Source: Nemertoderma westbladi | Lineage: Eukaryota; Animalia; Xenacoelomorpha | Length of the DNA: 64,000 nucleotides | Assembly (NCBI GenBank): GCA_032718475.1 | Contig: JAUCBJ010001582.1 | Coordinates: 67,399-131,398, forward strand | Direction: 5' to 3' | Part shown: positions 1-12,971 of the stretch, in pieces | How the letters are laid out: each line of letters starts with the position of its first letter | Position numbering within the stretch: the first letter of the stretch is position 1 | Notes under the pieces: generated by a model | Seen by the model: the letters and a program-made list of their open reading frames with translations, nothing else | The model's database searches: none | Told to the model about the DNA's origin: nothing | Program-made: the position numbers and the translations under genes

Positions 1-29
1 CGGTTCATCTCAGTGGATTCGTTCTCCAC
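1..29 (-). CDS. TIA-1-like exon 4, start only (runs off the window toward RRM3)
   Basis: ttttttcAG|GTG GAG AAC GAA TCC ACT GAG ATG AAC (VENESTEMN). Phase 0, as required; resembles the TIA-1 EVVNQSSPSN segment before RRM3. Confidence 0.65.
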
Positions 30-59
30 CTGAAAAAATATTACGGCGATTAATTACGC

Positions 60-731
60 AACGGGTTACTAACGGGATACAATCGGGTTACAAACGGGTT
101 ACAATCGGGTTATAAACGGGTTACAAACGGGTTACAATCGGGTTACAAACGGGTTATAAACGGGTTACAAACGGGCTACAATCTGGTTACAATCGGGTTA
201 CAAACGGGTTATAAACGGGATACAATCGGGTTACAAACGGGTTAGAAACGGGTTACAATCGGGTTACCATCAGGTTACAAACGGGTTACAATCGGGTTAC
301 AAGCGGGTTACAAACGGGTTATAAATGGGTTACAAACGGGTTACAATAGGGTTACAAACGGGTTACAAACGGGTTAAATCGGGTTACAAACGGGTTACAA
401 ACGGGTTACAGTCGGGTTACAAACGGGTTACAATCTGGTTACAATCGGGTTACAATCTGGTTACAAATGGGTTACAATCGGGTTAAAAACGGGTTACAAT
501 CGGGTTACAAACGGGTTACAATCGGGTTACAAACGAGTTATAAACGGGTTACAAACGGGTTACAATCGGGTTACAATCGGGTTATAAACGGGTTACAAAC
601 GGGTTACAATCGGGTTACAAACGGGTTAGAAACGGGTTACAATCGAGTTACAATCTGGTTACAAAAGGGTTACATTCGGGTTACAAACAGGTTACAATCG
701 TGTTACAAACGGGTTACAATCGGGTTACAAT
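60..731. repeat. 11-bp intronic minisatellite (CGGGTTACAAA/CGGGTTACAAT), ~60 copies
   Basis: Directly visible tandem array. Confidence 0.95.
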
Positions 732-1097
732 CCATCTTTGGATCATCCGAAAATTAAAACTTTACTCACTATATTGTTTTTATTCCGCAAAACTTCCTTT
801 TTAACATTTTAACCTTAAACTTATTAACCTTTTAGGAATAAATAGGAATAAAAAATGCACTTTTTTCTACAATACATGGATAATAGTGAAACAAATACAA
901 CAAATTTACCTAAAATTTACCCATGTAAGTATCATGTCAGTGCTTATTTTGTATATTTGTATGGATTATTACCAATATAATAATAATCAATAAATGATCA
1001 ATTATTCTTAATTAAAGGTTTTAGGATTAGGGTTAAAGGTCTCGAGTTATATATTATATTATAGATATTAATATTTCGTCTGGTAGATCTAACTAAC

Positions 1098-1267
1098 CTC
1101 CTGTTTACTTTTCGGTTTAATATCCGACGGGTTTAACTTAGCTCCAGTACCAGGCCTCCTAGCAGCCCAGTTTGTACGAATGGCTTTGCCCGCCAATATC
1201 TCGCCTCGCATTCCATTCATAGCCGTTTCAGCATCCACTTCGTTCAGAAAAGAAACGAATCCGTAGC
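1098..1267 (-). CDS. TIA-1-like exon 3 (RRM2 C-terminal half)
   Basis: tttAG|GC TAC GGA TTC... translates GYGFVSFLNEVDAETAMNGMRGEILAGKAIRTNWAARRPGTGAKLNPSDIKPKSKQE|GTTAGT; compare TIA-1 GYGFVSF...IRTNWATRKP. Confidence 0.85.
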
Positions 1268-1406
1268 CTAAAGATATTCATATGTCAATATAACAAAACT
1301 TATTTAGTGCCAGCCTATACTGTAGATTAATAATAACTATACAACAGATATTTGTTTGTCTGACGGTCGCAGCAAAAACATTGACATTGTTGGTGAGCTG
1401 ACAAGA

Positions 1407-3103
1407 TCACTCAACTTTAGGTAAGTTAGTGGTGACATCTCTGACCACTAGGGGGTCACTCACCTTTAGATAAGTTAGTGGTGACATCTCTGACCACTAG
1501 GTGGTCTCTCACCTTTAGATAAGTTAGTGGTGACATCTCTGACCACTAGGGGGTCACTCACCTTTAGATAAGTTAGTTGTGACATCTATGACCACTAGGG
1601 GGTCTCTCACGTTTAGATAAGTTAGTGGTGACATCTCTGACCACTAGGGGGTCACTCACCTTTAGATAAGTTAGTGGTGACATCTCTGACCACTAGGGGG
1701 TCACTCACCTTTAGATAAGTTAATGGTGATATCTCTGACCACTAGGGGGTCACTCACCTTTAGATAAGTTAGTTGTGAGATCTATGACCACTAGGGGGTC
1801 TCTCACGTTTAGATAAGTTAGTTGTGACATCTCTGACCACTAGGGGGTCACTCACCTTTAGATAAGTTAGTGGTGACATCTCTGACCACTAGGGGGTCAC
1901 TCACCTTTAGATAAGTTAGTGGTGACATCTCTGACCACTAGGGGGTCACTCACCTTTAGATAAGTTAGTGGTGACATCTCTGACCACTAGGGGGTCACTC
2001 ATCTTTAGATAAGTTAGTGGTGACATCTCTGACAACTAGGGGGTCTCTCACCTTTAGATAAGTTAGTTGTGACATCTCTGACCACTAGGGGTCACTCACC
2101 TTTAGATAAGTTAGTTGTGACATCTCTGACCACTAGGGGGTCTCTCACCTTTAGATAAGTTAGTTGTGACATCTCTGACCACTAGGGGGTCACTCACCTT
2201 TAGATAAGTTAGTTGTGACATCTCTGACCACTAGGGGGTCTCTCACATTTAGATAAGTTAGTTGTGACATCTCTGACCACTAGGGGGTCTATCACCTTTA
2301 GATAAGTTAGTTGTGACATCTCTGACCACTAGGGGGTCTCTCATCTTTAGATAAGTTAGTTGTGACATCTCTGACCACTAGGTGGTCTCTCACCTTTAGA
2401 TAAGTTAGTGGTGACATCTCTGACCACTAGGGGGTCTCTCACCTTTAGATAAGTTAGTTGTGACATCTCTGACCACTAGGGGGTCTCTCATCTTTAGATA
2501 AGTTAGTTGTGACATCTCTGACCACTAGGTGGTCTCTCACCTTTAGATAAGTTAGTGGTGACATCTCTGACCACTAGGGGGTCTCTCACATTTAGATAAG
2601 TTAGTTGTGACATCTCTGACCACTAGGGGGTCTCTCACCTTTAGATAAGTTAGTTGTGACATCTCTGACCACTAGGGGGTCACTCATCTTTAGATAAGTT
2701 AGTGGTGACATCTCTGACCACTAGGTGGTCTCTCACCTTTAGATAAGTTAGTGGTGACATCTCTGACCACTAGGGGGTCTCTCACATTTAGATAAGTTAG
2801 TTGTGACATCTCTGACCACTAGGGGGTCTCTCACCTTTAGATAAGTTAGTTGTGACATCTCTGACCACTAGGGGGTCACTCATCTTTAGATAAGTTAGTT
2901 GTGACATCTCTGACCACTAGGGGGTCACTCATCTTTAGATAAGTTAGTTGTGACATATCTGACCACTATGGGGACACTCACCTTTAGATAAGTTATTTGT
3001 GACATCTCTGACCACTATGGGGTCACTCACCTTTAAGTTAGTTGTGACACCTCTGACCACTATGGGGTCACTCACCTTTAGATAAGTTAGTTGTGACATC
3101 TCT
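1407..3103. repeat. 49-bp minisatellite, ~34 copies, derived from the TIA-1 exon 2 3' end plus its 5' splice site
   Basis: Unit TAAGTTAGTKGTGACATCTCTGACCACTAGGGGGTCWCTCACCTTTAGA; the last partial copy is the exon itself. Confidence 0.95.
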
Positions 3104-3186
3104 AACGACTCTAACCGAAGTTATCTGACCGTAGGGTTCGAATGCGGTCTTGAGTTTATTGTTGTCTATCTCCTCCGCTAAATCAC
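3076..3186 (-). CDS. TIA-1-like exon 2 (RRM2 N-terminal half)
   Basis: gtcgtAG|GT GAT TTA... translates (G)DLAEEIDNNKLKTAFEPYGQITSVRVVRDVTTNLSK(G)|GTGAGT. Phase 1 at both ends, matching the flanking exons. Too short for the ORF track. Confidence 0.85.
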
Positions 3187-4175
3187 CTACGACAATATCA
3201 AATATATAACACATCAAATTTTTTTTTTGGGAATGATCAGCTGTTATTGTATAAAAATTTCATTCCAGTGGTATTAAATGTGCGGCCATTGCTGTCAGTT
3301 GTTGGTTGACGTTTGTTGGCTATCATCCCCTTTTAATATTCTTTACTTTGTACACGGCGACATGAAAAGCATAGTTTTTATCATAAGATTCATAAAAGTA
3401 AGCGATAAGATGGATTAATATTGTCTCGAGAGGGGCCTGTAGGCCGGACATATTCCGATAAGAGGGGGAGGAGGGTGGTTGCATGAGAGGATGCATATAA
3501 ATTAATTCAATGTACTGCACTAAAATGTCATATCTATGTACTTGAACGAATATCGGAAAGATAAGGGAGCGGGTGGGTGGTGAATTCGATTGGATATGAT
3601 CGAGGAGGCTAGATTGTGATTGAACTACAATGTACCGGTACATTGATGAGAACAACTCCCTTGTTACGAATGGGTCGCAATAAAAAATAATGGAATGTAA
3701 CATGTAGTGCACGACGACCTTCTCAAGTGATAATGTGTAGTGGGTAGGAAGTACTGGCACTACTACAGTGTGTGTGTGAGGTTGAAAAAGTATGTCCTCA
3801 AGCCAAGAAATATAAATTAACTGAGATCAAATATATAATTTTCTTATATAGTCACAGATAATTTATGTTGTACTACTTAACCAGAAAAATGCGACACACT
3901 GTGTCAAACACGCTTTCTATACCGGTACACTGCTGCTGCAATGGAAACAATTTATCATGTATTTAGATATACCTCCAAACCATTAGGAAAAAAATATGAA
4001 ATTAACTTTCCTGTCACATTTTCATGGTTAACTTGAATAATAAAATAATCTCAGTTTTTCGTCCCGGAAAGATAAAGATATAACAAAATTTTAAGAGGTT
4101 TTAGATAAAGGATGCCGATTACACGTGACAGTATTTAAAGGATTTGTGAGGGTTAAGTTAATAATAATTACTTAC

Positions 4176-4596
4176 CAATGAATATATGGAAGTGAGTGCT
4201 GGTATCTGTGAGGTTTATCCCTTTGTCCTGGTTCGTGGATGACAGCGTCTGTGCAGGTCGGGCCCACTGACCAGCAGTGCCAGACTGATGCGGAACACCC
4301 GTTGTCTTGGCACCGACCGTTGGATTCATCTCGGAAAGCGCCCAATTTACTTTGATATTGGACTCGAATATATTGCGCCCATCCATGGTGGCCTTGGCGG
4401 CTACGGCGTGGTCGTGGTTAACAAACTCTACGAAGCAGTACGGGGGGGCGGTACCGGTGGGATCCGATATGATCTTACAGCCCTTGCACGGGCCGATCTT
4501 CGAGAATATGTCGAGAATTAATTCCCGAGTGGCCTGTAGAGGTAGACACCCTATGTATAGAGTGCTGTGTCCGCCGGTTTGTGATGTCCCGTCCAT
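4176..4596 (-). CDS. TIA-1/TIAL1(Rox8)-like RNA-binding protein, first coding exon (RRM1 and linker)
   Basis: RNP2 LYIGCL and RNP1 PYCFVEF, then IKVNWA and HFHIFIG (TIA-1 RRM2 start is HFHVFVGDL). Exon ends ATT G|GTAAGT at 4176. Confidence 0.85.
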
Positions 4597-5040
4597 AGTT
4601 AGAATATGACAGCTCTACTGGGAACCTTTGGGAAAATATAAATATTATAAAACAATTTAAATTCCGAAGAAGTTAGAATGAGGCTACAACAAATTTAGGA
4701 ATTCCGACTTCTTGGATTACGGGTGAAAATAAACACGTAGTAACGATAAATTTTAAAATCTAATTTATTCGGTTGAATAATTTGTTCAATTCAGGGTTAG
4801 TTTGTTTGTAAGATTAAGGAAGCAATGGGAAACATACGTGAGGAATGTCACTAATTGTATTAATTAATTGTTAGTCACAGACACAGACTGCTATGTAATT
4901 ACGTAAAACAACAGTATTACATTTTTTTCAAAATACCAACATTACTTTTAATAATGCCGTTGGAATTGAAAGTGATTTGTTACGTCTCATACATGATATT
5001 ATAACTTTAGAGGAGAACATATTATTATAATAGTGAAGTA

Positions 5041-6026
5041 ATGCAGAGTTTACAGTTCTAATCCACTTCTCTACAATGAGCCTGATCCTGGAAGCAGAGT
5101 TTACAGTTCTAATCCACTTCTCTACAATGAGCCTGATCCGGGATGCAGAGTTTACAGTTCTAATCCACTTCTCTACAATGAGTCTGATCCTGGATGCAGA
5201 GTTTACAGTTCTAATCCACTTCTCTACAATGAGCCTGATCCTGGATGCAGAGTTTACAGTTCTAATCCACTTCTCTACAATGAGCCTGATCCTGGATGCA
5301 GAGTTTACAGTTCTAATCCACTTCTCTACAATGAGCCTGATCCTGGATGCAGAGTTTACAGATCTTATCCACTTCTCTACAATGAGCCTGATCCGGGATG
5401 CAGAGTTTACAGTTCTAATCCACTTCTCTACAATGAGTCTGATCCTGGGTGCTGAGTTTACAGTTCTAATCCACTTCTCTACAATGAGCCTGATCCTGGA
5501 TGCAGAGTTTACAGATCGAATCCACTTCTCTACAATGAGCCTGATCCTGGATGCAGAGTTTACAGTTATAATCCACTTCTCTACAATAAGCCTGATCCTG
5601 GATGCAGAGTTTACAGTTCTAATCCACTTCTCTACAATGAGCCTGATCCTGGATGCAGAGTTTACAGATCTAATCCACTTCTCTACAATGAGCCTGATCC
5701 TGGATGCAGAGTTTTCAGTTCTAATCCACTTCTCTACAATGAGCCTGATCCTGGATGCAGAGTTTACATTTCTAATCCACTTCTCTACAATGAGCCTGAT
5801 CCTGGATGCAGAGTTTACAGTTCTAATCCACTTCTCTACAATGAGCCTGATCCTGGATGCAGAGTTTACAGTTCTAATCCACTTCTCTACAATGAGCCTG
5901 ATCCTACAATGAGCCTGATCCTGGATGCAGAGTTTACAGTTCTAATCCACTTCTCTACAATGAGCCTGATCCTGGATGCAGAGTTTACAGTTCTAATCCA
6001 CTTCTCTACAATGAGCCTGATCCTGG
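5041..6026. repeat. 51-bp minisatellite, ~19 copies
   Basis: Unit GATGCAGAGTTTACAGTTCTAATCCACTTCTCTACAATGAGCCTGATCCTG; it generates the spurious 17-aa repeat ORFs. Confidence 0.95.
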
Positions 6027-6102
6027 CACTTGAAATTGTCCAAGTTACGCCACAAACGCCGCTGATTATCAATTGTGGATTGGCAGACAGACATATAGTC
6101 GT

Positions 6103-6211
6103 GATATCTACAAGTAGCGCTAAGCGTCACATGGTTTCTAATATCTACAAGTAGCGCTAAGCGTCACATGGTTTCTAATATCTACAAGTAGCGCTAAGAG
6201 TCACATGGTTT
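6103..6211. repeat. 37-bp tandem repeat, 3 copies
   Basis: ATATCTACAAGTAGCGCTAAGCGTCACATGGTTTCTA repeated. Confidence 0.85.
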
Positions 6212-7129
6212 CACTTCACTAATTAAACAATTTTGCATTCACTGTCCTGTCAGTCAGCAAACCACTAGAAAATTGTGATACTTTTTATAGTTGGTAGTAA
6301 GTCATATTATACATACTATGTAACTACAATTTTATCACCATTAAGTTGATGCATTGCTAAACAACTTCGGACACCATACATCTGTTTGACGCATTACGGG
6401 ATCAGGCAGTTCGTTAGAATCCCCTCTCCTTCCGATAGAAGATGAAACCAAAGCAGATCGGGATATACTATCTAATCTTATGGGTTGTCTGTCTCGTCTT
6501 CATTTACCGCAATCACAAACGTTTTAGCCAAAAATGTTTAATTTATATCATCAACAAACTGCAGCGCGATGGTACTAACTAATGTTAAATTATCTTTTCA
6601 AAGTATGTGTGGTTGACTTTATGAATGTGTATGTGTTAATGTTAATCAGATACGCGGGGAACAGAACGCAATGAAAATGCGGGGAAATTCGAATAGGGGG
6701 AGAATAGGGGAAATTCGACGCAAATAACAGCTGATTACTCTCAAAAATAAAACTGTAACCTGTTCTATTGTGCTTAATTTGTTGTTTTGGTTAAAATAAC
6801 GTGCCACTGTAACCTGCTTGCTCCTTTCCCTAAATTGAGAATTTAACATTGAGGCGGGATATTAATTCGCAAAGGCGGGTTTTGCGTCCAGTTCCCCCCC
6901 CCCCCCCCCCCCCCTGTCTCCCTTTAAATAGTTTTATAATTCAGTGACATGGACCCTAACAGAGATAATTTGACCTCCAAATGTTTATTGGGTGAGTGAT
7001 AGTTATTATTTTCGTTTTAATTTTTTGGCTAGATTTTTTGTTTTTAGATTTTAGATTTTATTTTTTGTTTGAAAGTCCCCTGAATTATTAAGGAAACAGC
7101 TCCGGTCATGGCGCGGATACATATATGTA

Positions 7130-7238
7130 CGGGAGGAACTCTACAAACAAAAGTTAGGCACGGGAGGAACTCTACAAACAAAAGTTAGGCATGGGAGGAA
7201 CTCTACAAACAAAAGGTATGCATGGGAGGAACTATATA
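7130..7238. repeat. ~31-bp tandem repeat, 3-4 copies
   Basis: GGGAGGAACTCTACAAACAAAAGTTAGGCA repeated. Confidence 0.8.
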
Positions 7239-10200
7239 AGAACAAAATATAACTCCGAGTAAAAATATCCCAATTTGGATAAAGTGTGGGTGATAAGAGC
7301 GTTCAAAACTATTGCGCGAAGATAAAACACTTTATATTACATAAAAATTATGTTCCAGAATGTTTTGTACATAAATAGAGCCGAGCCGGGTAGTATCTAA
7401 AGGGGTTGGAAGCGAAAATAACACTAAATTACAGGACATGATGTATTCCAATGCTATACAAACATGATAAATCGACGATTTGTTTGAATAACTATATGGA
7501 ATAATTATTAATTCCTTGGGCCGGGCTTACTTTATTGTTGCCGTGACTAAAATATAATAATTATTTATCAGAAACGAAGAAAACAAGAGATGGCAAGCAA
7601 GAATTGAAAGGGGATATTAATATCATATTATATTACACACACACATCCAACGGCCGGCCGGCCCCACAACGCAACACCCCCACTTTCATTTCCTCTTCTC
7701 CGTTTCCGGCTCCCGTAGTACAAGATCAACCATAGAGTCATCAGTTCTACGATAACAGTGGCCGGTAAGTCTCATCCACAGGGCCTGCAGGGTGTTGCTG
7801 GGTTTTGGAAATTCTCGGCCGCTACCGAGATTGTAGTGACCGGTAATTATATACAAACATTCATTGTAAATATTAACAAAATAGTGGGAAGAGTTACGTA
7901 TGTATCTATACATGTTTATTATAAGTAAAATTCTGCTGATTTTATTGAAAATGTTCTAGAATATCTTTATTTAATTTCAAATTAGTATTCTAGAACAATT
8001 ATAACTTTTGAATAATAGCCACTTTTTTCTCTGAAACAAAGGGAACTAGTGTAGATACATACGAAACTAGTGTAAGAAGATGTATAGCGAGTATAATAGT
8101 ACATAAGGAACTGATAAACCTAAAACTTTACAGGAATGATGGGATGAATAATTGATAAAATATATTATTAGTTGAAGATACGAACACCGCGGACTGGACC
8201 TGAAATGCAACATCATTATAAAAGATAGCCAATATGCTCTGCTGTGTTTCCGGGTGGTTCTGTGATTTATTATAAATTAAGTTAATTTAATCATAAAGTA
8301 AGTTATTTATTATAAATAAAGTTATTATAACGTTATAAAATTGATATGTGTGATAAATAATAAATACATATTGAAATAAAATATAAGTCTCGAAGAAAAA
8401 GAAAAGTACTTCATGACATGATAAATAACAAGAAGGGTGATTGGTTTGGCAAATAATTTAAGACCTATAGACTATATAAAAATAATAATATAATATGGTA
8501 TAGTCTTAAATAATAAGTTATATATTGTAGTGTGATATAAAGATAGGTAATATATAATATATATTAAAATTAGGGAATATTATAAATATATTTATGCGAT
8601 ATACCATATCATGGTGGCTCCTTGTAATGGGTACAGATAGTGGGAGGAAGTTGAGACATGCTAACAAACTAACAAACCACGCCTGTGAAGAAAAAAACAC
8701 CACCTTCTCTTAATAATTAACATAATTAAGCAACGAATTAATTACTATGACTGTCATATAAATATTTTATAAAATGTGATAAAAAAATATTGTGTTAAGT
8801 ATATTAAAAGTGTATAATAAATATGTGTAATATATATTTATATACCTCACTACGGGTTATGAAAAGTAATAAAATACTGTATAGTAATTAATAAATAATA
8901 TAACGAAATTATACGTATAAATAATTCCAAATACTTAGGACTTACTGATGTTGTCTTTACAATATTAAAACAGGAAGGACACCACGGCAATGAATCTCTT
9001 GTAAGAAACGCTATAAACACAATATAGGTTGCATTTATTAATATCTTTAGATGTATGAGCTATATATATTACTAATAACAATTCAGTTTAGTTAATGATT
9101 TATAGCCACCGGCAATATTAATTATGTGACACACATATGTACTGTACAGTGCACAGATCACACAGGAGTTAAACTACTTTACCCCAGCCTATGTATTAAC
9201 TGTAGGCACGGTAAACAATAATAACTACCAGCTACAGCTAGTTGAACATAACTAGTGTTCGGGAACAACAACGCTTTATTTTTCTATGGAAACAATCTCG
9301 CCTGCAAACATATTTGAAATATAAGTATAATTGATTTGCTCGAGTAAAAACATCTGGTTGCGATAGTTGAGCTTGGGTTATATTTCTTGGTTAATTGTCT
9401 TTCCTTACACTACTGCGCGGTAGCAAAGACGAGTTGGAAGGCTCAGTTAGTCAATAATGTGTTACTAGAAAATAGCCTGATTAATTGCAGCCAGAACCGG
9501 AAGAGAAAGGGACTCCATTTTCCTGATGAATTACCTATGATGGTTGGATCGGATACGGGGGTGACCCCAGGCAGTATCAGTTGCCGAGCCTCGCATTAGG
9601 GTTGGACGTACCGATTAGCGTAATAGTTCGGTGCCTATAACGATAACTAGAAAATTAAAAGGCTTTAATTTATACCACTTTCTAAGGCCAATCCATTAGG
9701 GATGGTGCCCGAGGAAGCACTAAATTACATAGGGTAGGTTCCGGTAATTATGCACAACATTTAGCTAATGGAAAACCATCGATAGGAGGAATATTGTGGT
9801 TGAGACCGCAGGGGTGGAGGTGAAGATATATAACCTTTCAATCCAACTGCACGCCACGTCATTTTGAGAAAAAGTATCTCTTTAATGTTGTTCTTAATTA
9901 TAAACGGTTTTTTCCAATAGATATGAGCCTAAAAATAAATAAATAAAGCCCACCTATATTTCCAAGGTTGAAATATTTCAAGAAAATTAAAAAAACGTTT
10001 CACTCGGTATATTTATGTATGTGAAACTGTATAAATATATTCTATGGAAACTGCTCAATTTATTGACAATATATTGTAATGTTTATGTCATTTGTGTTAG
10101 AAACTAAGACGATGGGATATTTAGCGCCACCTAGCGGCGGAGCGTGAAATTGCACGACGCGAAAAACTGTCCCAATTAATTGAGAACATTCCATAACTCA

Positions 10201-11296
10201 GTCTGTGATAATATCGTCAAAATTAATGTACAGTGGTTCAATTGTTAAGCATAGACAAAGTTATATCGCCCCTCAATAGAATAGTACAATTTATTTCCAC
10301 TGTAGCTGTTGCTGTGTGTCACGCAACACTTTGGATAGCAGCAACATGCTAGGCACTTACTACCGGAATAAGTCTCAGGAATTCTTAGCCCGCGGGTATT
10401 CTTAGCCCGCAAAACAATAACGTTTATTGTTTTGGTTCCCCCAATATGCCTCTGAAATCTGCTCCTTTGCAAACTTGATCCTTTAATATTGCTAAGAATA
10501 CCCGCGGGATAAGAATTCACCCAAACCCGGAATATGAGACATGAGCTTATAAATTCATTAGGAAATTTCCCCCGGCAAATGTATTATTATGATGAATGGC
10601 AAAATTAAGTGCGAATCCGAAAGGATTATCTTTACCACAAAATATGAGGGACACAGCAAAAAGCCAAGAACAACTACCAACCAACGCTGCAATAATCCGG
10701 TTTACTATACCGCAGCTGGGGAAGCCGCATCCTTTCATACAATGATGTCCGAATTTCGAATGTAAATTAAATACTCTAATACATCATCTCACGGAATAAT
10801 GCGAGTAGTAGGGTCTTGATCCTCTCGGCGACAATTAGACCCAACTCATGACTCATCACTTAGGAATGTGACACCTAGAATGTCATTGGCGCCAGACTGT
10901 CTGGGTGACACCTCCCAATTAGGCTAATTAGACCCTAATTGACGGCTGTTATAAATTAATTAGTACATTTAAACCCTAATAGATGTCTTACGACTCCTAT
11001 TTAGGGTTTAATTGATTATCCTAATTAATCAGACCGATTAGCACCCTGAAGGGGCGAGCCATGAGGCAAGATGTTTGAGACTTATTTAGATATATTATTA
11101 CATAATTTTGACCCCTCAGTCGGTATCTATTACAATATAGGCTATATATTTTAAGGAGTAGTAGAGTAGTCTGAAGTTCCCCAGTCTGCCGCTAGAGGGC
11201 GAAATGTCTCAAAGTGAAAACCTGATCTCATTTGATTGTATTTAATCCATTTAGGCTGAAACTTGGTAGGCATCTACTATGGCATTGGCTATCTTC

Positions 11297-11521
11297 AGAC
11301 TATGCCTCACTGAGGCACAGACTATGCCTCACTGAGGCACAGACTATGCCTCACTGAGGAACTGAGGCACATACTATGCCTCACTGAGGCACAGACTATG
11401 CCTCACCGAGGCACAGACTATGCCTCACTGAGGCAGGCTATGCCTCACTGAGGCACTGAGGCAAGACTAAGCCTCACTGAGGCATTGAGGTACAGACTAT
11501 GCCTCACTAAGGCACTGAGGC
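11297..11521. repeat. 22-bp palindrome-containing tandem repeat inside the Polinton-like element
   Basis: AGACTATGCCTCACTGAGGCAC, ~9 copies; core TGCCTCA-C-TGAGGCA. Confidence 0.85.
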
Positions 11522-12241
11522 TCATATTAAGGGTCTAAGGCCTTCAAGCTGATCATTTGCTTAGTATTCTAATTAGAAGGTCGTGAGTTCGAACCCTAGA
11601 AGAGCATCCTTCTTTTTCCTAGCTCTTGGCTGACTCTAGTGTACACTAGCTTTGACTCTCCCAGCTATAGTGATAGTATGCAACCTTGGGAGTTAATGCG
11701 CTGTTTTATGAGTAAAGGCCAAGAGATTAGACTTCAGGTTGCCTCTGTTTGTTCACTCTTCTCAACTTTACAAAAGAGTTTGCAAGCGCAGGTTCAAATC
11801 CAACTAAAGCTCTATATATTTTGCACTGAAGTGGAATACATTAGATGCTGGGTGAATCTGGTTTGCGAGGGATATTTGAATGGTGAGTATAACTATCCTT
11901 GGGAGTCAGTGTGATGTTATCTCACCATGGATGGGCTTTACAACTGAAACGAAAAACGGGAAAAGAAATTAAGTGTGTACTCGCATCTTCTCCCATTGGC
12001 TGCCTAACTTTCCTCCCTCGAGCCCTGATTGGCTGCCTAACTCACCCTCGAGCTCTGATTGGATAATCCATTCTAGCCTCCCTCTATAATAGCCCCCCCC
12101 CCCCCCGCTCACCGCATTCCCATTCATTCTCTAATTTTTATTTTTAAAAGTTTTATTTATTTTCATAAAAGTTTTATTTATTTAAAATTTTGTAAAATCA
12201 TTTAGCGAAAATTCAATACTATCAACTGACATTGCTATATA

Positions 12242-12971
12242 ATGCGACATGAAAGTTGTTTGGTTTGTAATAAAGAAATGAGACAAGACAATCTATCTCG
12301 TCATATGGAAACACATGAAAAGGATAATCTAATGGATCCGTTACCAAAGAAATCTAAAAAATCCGAAGATATTTTTAGTGAAGATGAAAAGAAAAAAAGA
12401 GATGAGCGTGATATACTAAAGATAAAACAGACAATGGAAATTAAATTTCATAAAGTTATGAATATTTTGAAAGGGATACAAAAACAGTTACCTTTAGAAA
12501 ATGAAGAAAATTTGAGTGAGAAAGATGAAGAAGAAGAGGACGATGAGTTGGAGAATGAAAATAGTGAGGGTCAGGATGAAGTTGAAGAGAGCGAGGTTGA
12601 GAACAAAGAAAGTGAAAGTCATGAAGAGGACGAAGAAAGTGAAGGTCAGGAAGAGGGTGAAGAAAGCGAAGATCAGGAAGGGGATGAAGAAAGTGAAGAA
12701 CAGGAAGGGGATGAAGAAAGTGAAGAACAGGAAGAGGATGAAGAAAGTAAAGAAGAGGAAAGAGAATGAAGGAAGTGAAGGTGGGGAAGAGGATGAAGAA
12801 AGTGAAGATCAGGAAAGTGAAGAAGAGGATGAAAATGATGATAATGAGGAAATATTGAGACAATTACTCGGAAATAAGAATAAATTGTGGAAAATTATTA
12901 AATATTTGAAGGAAAATGAAGAAAATAAAGCGGCAGACTGGGGAACTTCAGACTACTCTGTGACTCCATAA
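12242..12971 (+). CDS. C2H2 zinc-finger plus highly acidic protein (frameshifted near 12765), cargo of the Polinton-like element
   Basis: CLVCNKEMRQDNLSRHMETH finger. The Glu/Asp tract continues in a second frame (...EGGEEDEESEDQ...). Three ATTGG (CCAAT) boxes and TATAAT lie upstream at 11995-12090. Confidence 0.55.

Noticed and set aside
467-757. 96-aa ORF
   Set aside because: Translation of the 11-bp minisatellite.
1348-1420. Plus-strand exon (AG...GTAAGT)
   Set aside because: Lies in an intron of the minus-strand TIA-1-like gene, has no partner exons, and its donor-like site is a variant of the repeat unit.
1407-3103. CRISPR-like array
   Set aside because: Head-to-tail repeats with no unique spacers, no cas genes, and a eukaryotic intron context. 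The same applies to the other arrays.
5076-6154. 17-aa repeat protein ORFs
   Set aside because: Artefact of a 51-bp unit divisible by 3; no unique coding flanks.
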